A DNA stretch of 64,000 nt from Diplonema japonicum (taxonomy: Eukaryota; Protista; Euglenozoa: Diplonemea). Shown here piece after piece: positions 61,901 through 64,000 of this stretch. The notes under the pieces are model-generated. The model saw nothing but the letters and a program-made list of their open reading frames with translations, was not told the origin of the DNA and did no database searches. The position numbers and the translations under genes were made by a program. The DNA lies in contig OZ025676.1 in the NCBI GenBank assembly GCA_964019335.1, forward strand, positions 186,001-250,000, written 5' to 3'. The first letter of the stretch is position 1; every line of letters starts with the position of its first letter.

Positions 61901-64000
61901 TGTTGACCCCTATCAGGTCGAAGAACAATTCACCAAGACGCACCAGCGCAGGGGTTAGCACGAGGTTGAGCGTCGATGCGTTCAGGTTCACAGACGTATC
62001 GGGTCCGTCCCTCTTCCAGTAAGGGGACTGCTCTACGCACATTAGACATTTTATGTCGATAAGAGCATCTTCTGCTTTGTCGGAGAAGGCGAAGAGTGTG
62101 TCGTTGGTGTCTTTGCACCGCAGTTCGTTGAGACGCAGCCACACTTCTTGATCGTAGCTGCGCATCTCAACCTTCGACTGGAAGCCGCTCAGCGACACCG
62201 AAGCAAAAGACGTCACGTTGTCGTCAGAGATGTTCATCGTCAGAAGCTCGAGGTCCATCTTCATTTGCAACTGCGTCTGATCCTTCCTGCGCTCTATGCC
62301 TTCTTTGTCTTTTGAATTGGTCTGCGCTTCTACGGCCAGCTTATGCAAAGACCTGTACAACGCCCTGCACTGCCCAGAGTCGGACATTTCAAGGTCGATT
62401 TTCTTCGGAGGGCCGTACACCTGAGGGAGCGAGATGGTCACTGTGTGCTCCTTCAGAACCACTTTAAACGGTGCCCTTTTCAGGTTGAACACACATTGCA
62501 GGTACACCTGTGACTCATCAGCGACAGGCTCGTACAATAATAACTTGCTGTGCCGCAAGATAGCAATGCCATGTACCTGTGCAGGAACAGGCGAAACGAC
62601 GCCGTTGGTACTCCCTGACCCTACGTCGTTCGCTTCTTGGGTGTAAACAGGTTGATGCTGCTGCCCGACCTGTTTAAGGATTTTACAAATATGCAGCTGC
62701 TCATAGATGTAGCCATCGAGTCCCTGCACAGAACCCTTAGTTGGGATAGTTAACAGATCGGGCATTTGCGGCGTGATCCTGTTAACAAGCGTAGTGAGCA
62801 TGTCCAAGGTGTGGATAGAGAGGAGGAGGTTCTGCCGGGAGAGCTTCACATTGACGTTCGGGAGCACGCCGTGCACCTTCATGAGAGGCAGGTTGAGACT
62901 CTCATTGGTGAGGAGGCGGTCGATGTTCATATTCATGTTGAAGGGACTGACGAAGTCGGTGACACGGGGGTAGCACTTAGAGGCGGAGTTGATCTGGAGG
63001 GTCATAGTACCGCTTTCGTTCCACCACGTCATGAACTCCTCCCCTGATTCGGCGATGCTTGCAGTTATGGTGCTCACGTTCATCTTGTACCTGTCGTAGA
63101 AGTCGTCATCGTCAAGCTCGTTGCCTGCCGCCAACTTGTTCGCACGCATCACAGCATGGCTCACATCGGTGTCCAGAACCAACCCTCCCAGGTTGACCAC
63201 CATCGCCCCCGAAGCAGGGCATTTAAAGGCCTCCTTCCCCACCGTGATGCACTCCGGTATGCTGCTGAACGGTATGATGAAGTTCGAGGCATCTAAATTG
63301 CACGACACGTCGACAGCTCCACTGCCTCTGAGAACAGCATCGAAGTGCCGCTCTGCTATTTCTTTCAGATTGTCGCTAACAGAAGCAACTTCCAGATTAA
63401 TTGCAGCAGGCGGGCGGAAGAACGAAGCAGTCCTGGCAACGAACGACGGGTGTAGGATGACGTCAAGCGGTGCTAACTGGATGTCAAAGGCGAGAGCGGC
63501 TCGTCCGTCCAAGGGGTTTTTCTCCACGACGCAGAGGAGAAGGTCTTTACGCTTCTTTAAGTCCTTAGCGGAGCGACGGGCAATCTTTTTGTAAGGGCCG
63601 ATGTCGGGGGACCTGTCGGTGATGTCGAGGTTACCGAGGGAGATGATTGCTTTGAAGGCGTCTTTCATGCTATTCATTTTGAACGTCATGTCGGTTAGGG
63701 TGAGATCCATGAACATCCCGCTGCCCGCCTCGGGGGGCGCAACAAGCTGGACCTCACCTTGCTCGATTTGAACGGTAGTGGTGGTGTGGATGTAATCGGC
63801 AGGCAGATCGTCAACTTTGTCTGTCGTCTCGATGAGACCAAGTGCTGATAACTGCTGGCGATCCTCATCTGTCCACGATTGTGACTCATTCATTGATGGG
63901 TCTTCTTCACCGGTAGGCTGCTTCGACCACCCTCCGCCCACCCACGACATCCACCCCTTGCGTTGCGATTTCCTCTCCTCAACAAGTCTCCTTTGTGTCT
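52947..64000 (-). CDS. VPS13: VPS13-family bridge-like lipid transfer protein (5' end is outside the window)
   Basis: Frame of more than 3667 aa, open to the window edge. Repeating beta-groove units (P-x-x-x-x-P...LG-x-x-x-x-N), WESLIEEF, VAB-like repeats (IENRLP, APLWIINTT, PRWVFHN, PFMIENRT), LQVDD, and a Gly-rich ATG2_C-like end (GNPA...GLGDLVTMP...KGTIGLFAKP...RMRPP). Confidence 0.93.
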   Translation of the reverse strand, partial: TQRRLVEERKSQRKGWMSWVGGGWSKQPTGEEDPSMNESQSWTDEDRQQLSALGLIETTDKVDDLPADYIHTTTTVQIEQGEVQLVAPPEAGSGMFMDLTLTDMTFKMNSMKDAFKAIISLGNLDITDRSPDIGPYKKIARRSAKDLKKRKDLLLCVVEKNPLDGRAALAFDIQLAPLDVILHPSFVARTASFFRPPAAINLEVASVSDNLKEIAERHFDAVLRGSGAVDVSCNLDASNFIIPFSSIPECITVGKEAFKCPASGAMVVNLGGLVLDTDVSHAVMRANKLAAGNELDDDDFYDRYKMNVSTITASIAESGEEFMTWWNESGTMTLQINSASKCYPRVTDFVSPFNMNMNIDRLLTNESLNLPLMKVHGVLPNVNVKLSRQNLLLSIHTLDMLTTLVNRITPQMPDLLTIPTKGSVQGLDGYIYEQLHICKILKQVGQQHQPVYTQEANDVGSGSTNGVVSPVPAQVHGIAILRHSKLLLYEPVADESQVYLQCVFNLKRAPFKVVLKEHTVTISLPQVYGPPKKIDLEMSDSGQCRALYRSLHKLAVEAQTNSKDKEGIERRKDQTQLQMKMDLELLTMNISDDNVTSFASVSLSGFQSKVEMRSYDQEVWLRLNELRCKDTNDTLFAFSDKAEDALIDIKCLMCVEQSPYWKRDGPDTSVNLNASTLNLVLTPALVRLGELFFDLIGVNKLARDGQVKEYVAAPLHLQPLKGSLDLDPSRYDTIIVAKMEALRVTCLEEISKGSFAEFLSMAMTSTEIHVNIAANQTSVKGKFGDVIADELVGDTKRPLLRMADVTKGSLIQFHYVAENVEASVAPYVAGHVEATMQQIHSSFHFTMFQRILYWSTNGHVVNKMKQVAGRKVTAASSDKRRLLSPPPEKAHIPSVIQLKLHIVNPLVELPAKADDKSFLLASLGDVSVATTLGRTQHNTAIQQNEIRFTDLGIDLVHEGRPTQSMAGGLNVYMKMTQALEEPCNAADPLSSLSIDMGEMPIKVDEAGWGLLLQVAAHNLLSSYTPPYKPLTLAPAQEVSAVLKSRLSACATSMRITMLQSNGDIFSVLECSKLSATYNDFTDGSTKMLATLDAFTVADMRFSPPRSLVSCYHDETMLTVNFEKFTNGDSRAEVTLGRPTFYADPTSIFLVQDLLASPVAIDAFHVMLNPKQTTEKPAAPTLSTMGVLIHLNHMNVIGLEGTDEFFKLTAHDATVEGVLKDAYMKINAKIGDMHMYSLEDGITDVMGLPSGTSKSLVEVAYQKGGEGIGEGYSQVANIQLQDVRVIAVPTFWQRLGQWASAGPLAQLTMLGTSQADRLTRRMTASTDLTQVSLEWHGPHVVLPTTDGRALTATLGCMRINNCVEDGSEHFEVLFQKLRLHHNGASICLAGQHSTVEHDIMRDFDASAAMVRKIGSADSELRISSKVGKITLQLSDPQLNLLSEVVSSQSSASSPKKRVAVSDGAEAVQAAPFNASLTFEGLQLVLHTTVSLPEGSYGRPLTKLDMTDVEVIVTPEEAKLNVQSISVSDLSGNTPEGMSTVVSTESQEVNALPCFGVVLKGRDVELKLRRLHLLVIPQYVVEVNKFVENTQSTSQQLPSLPAIAPASRKVTAIMDEFTLGIVDSNVLLLSVVLDASQVLMELQPNNDYVASGTMGSLRIVDNVTMNSMYKDVIHPSTYGKENTNIVEFKVKSAASAQMEVSLTMRSLSYTCVVPFLQRVAFFISSGGVERMIGKTKVQATEMTPTEEKPLGLTFKVVALNPILVLPKHETVSDAILADLGQITFSNAQTDDTEVFTLQLLNMALSARQKYNTNIVSGTNIMVTTEKHFKAQSQADLAVKVNIEGAEAVVLQRHWQLMLSVAKTCMGFRAPVTATEDDGHEPQASPNLKLEIVVPLVSLTVCDKEGISLMAFSIQNIEGCYTSQGLSQEILFSVWNVDLCEVHQQGSVRTCRDLCYSTANNKYPSIRLDARIDEKSATRHTNAVVDMHLPHFLFVAPLLAECHKVFVVPYNEVFRGDLTSKPTEETALDNHLTLTEDLYLSPHKILRLSSEKYNSIELNGDGKYAIHLMRDPGDTRKTIFVDDGMTVRFANVQIKLCGGGKLDDHISMGEGSYSCKTGCTEEFEVRENGDDKTLMTGSPRRMLALRQEVSLRMECHFGLGIAGDIGAAGTGAKRCIMLMGHVKGEYESETVLHDEPVVKASLNVANLHAVHLPIIAPRLINQPKQNFPKQSGAAYIVDPTSAEVIVNISKSGFYLQTLIRATNLRLCLGDAELITQFLATLPQGDGSADTTQTVDVLKSCNVKLNCPMLTVTLVDDSTGTPMPVLDITLKENAIHGLGTSSNVDELEAVVSTVVRCYNSDECEWESLIEEFNTTVKRVSTKVRDAVSCETTVLASRIATNITPVSIGILGRFGAMCQNIGTTPLIARSMYVLRNECGRDICFSKGSDSEMQTLQSGCTLDFDSPFSDIVFIAVVMNPTILDGLTPPIKGSQPKKPWLSARINIVGSHTVDDTFVVDVVNNEGRKMVVFRTPVVIENHLQAPIHIEGVGVVEAATADGPSRKSVPHDRLTKAEGISVRPLAGHYKHATLGYLFCNLTSLPKKWCKYTVRCQPESAAGPSVSDYCFVAEIMQHGTDVKLMLIPLFTIENRLPVELNYALGMDNNMTYGCVKPFGGVSQITQAEKSWPLCQLVMSAGCKIDGIGMQTTEGALVWNGPPSAVSESKCDISKLMQRSNYLLMSKNSFDIVGHISYTPRSGILIYAPLWIINTTEYALEVFPQVNTVVSTIIPAASSGVPKPYTISLKHEINRLYLKFLKGDTSTPFELSNVVSGGSIVLPHPNKEGLMRHLGVDIETVTWPGSQAMTRIVKLVPRWVFHNTTPLELTLRVVLNEGTRPSLVVRSGEYKTCCSSGKKKDNLIEVRYNSDPYTMNRYSKAFGISGDADLHLRLNYEVQYSGYQPGPCCFGGPTAPDGSAEYFRVLRATTTEEKGSIHVTFRECEKPPFMIENRTPYLITFMQSDLQPPTVRHLPPRTTIPFAPDDPFVDPCIMFRIHGPDERVVGTKTIRLDKPTKDNEGNNISKTLNIYYKVRHCSSASVSVLSFANEHYLHKKPSMSMNSSILSMMLDGLGLSLSTPKQFSDVTHISMNIIKVTHIRQQLESAMNLLIGDLQVDDVTEDSPLFPVVLKRATLPNGDTTPPLLQAEMLRSHQSPDVIIIRKLKLALIPLQVKLSDKYISNLMTFYDSVSEVLNDDKADSWMKPHQYAADTTVTVWDRKAYVSSVIIEPIKVTISFTRQDEDHSAPFNKFHSQRWWLGYMLRSIDQTNIEWDACNLVDSSLPVWVIISRLRNWYLNDLRYQALFIPFSAGFMGNPAATIKGVYKGLGDLVTMPITEASKGQDVGGVVAGGLVGFTQGMTSFVKNTGTGLAGSMSSLTRSLARTTSKLTCDPEWTGNKQQHSGVVPGALEGIGGFFHHPYEGFVGDGLTGATNGLAKGTIGLFAKPITGTLQGVSNNLDLCTGRNLAPGVRMRPPKIFKSVNEECVREDIKAAKAQLDRWRHGYIREAEVKGALSWKVIAECTTWDEFHALCTVEEFYEHAGLARDEFLTKASPEHDKQQQVRSQKFDRVLHLYQTLGPAQLVGDSSLQVTPQELAYVLTWDEFHVLLTPRQFYAHSHFARDRCLLATSGFTLL

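Noticed and set aside
1-64000. tRNA, rRNA, spliced-leader RNA, snRNA or CRISPR arrays
   Set aside because: None recognised by eye; tRNAscan-SE and Rfam cmscan would be needed to exclude divergent RNAs.

Overview
Eukaryotic nuclear DNA, most likely from a euglenozoan such as a diplonemid. This is an inference from three observations: all host genes lie on one strand, introns are GTATG...CAG, and there is an EGF-like Cys-repeat surface protein. About 18 host genes run head-to-tail on the minus strand. In transcription order: a 5'-truncated VPS13, a sulfotransferase-like protein, a Pro/Ser-rich protein, a CaMK-like kinase, a WW-domain protein, a mitochondrial carrier, a second CaMK-like kinase, an MFS/GPH-type transporter, a coiled-coil/pseudo-ADP-ribosyltransferase/B-box protein, two dynein light chain LC8 copies, a PPR protein, a TM-GAF-GAF hybrid histidine kinase, a 1879-aa EGF-repeat/TM/RCC1 receptor, a USP deubiquitinase, BOP1/Erb1, an F-box Cys-rich protein, a Kelch-TM-NEK-like receptor kinase and an RRM-like protein. 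I rebuilt 15 GT-AG introns by hand; eight are only 32-40 nt long. Non-coding DNA is dominated by A, T, G and C homopolymer runs. Mobile DNA includes two piggyBac derivatives, a MITE with GAG...CTC ends, a 4-kb dead APE-RT retrotransposon, a probable fossil RT broken up by homopolymers, and a short repeat with a conserved 3' hairpin. The strongest candidates for novelty are the three unusual receptor architectures, the micro-intron module organisation, and the homopolymer-driven decay of non-coding DNA. All protein calls rest on motif recognition by eye; no database search was run.
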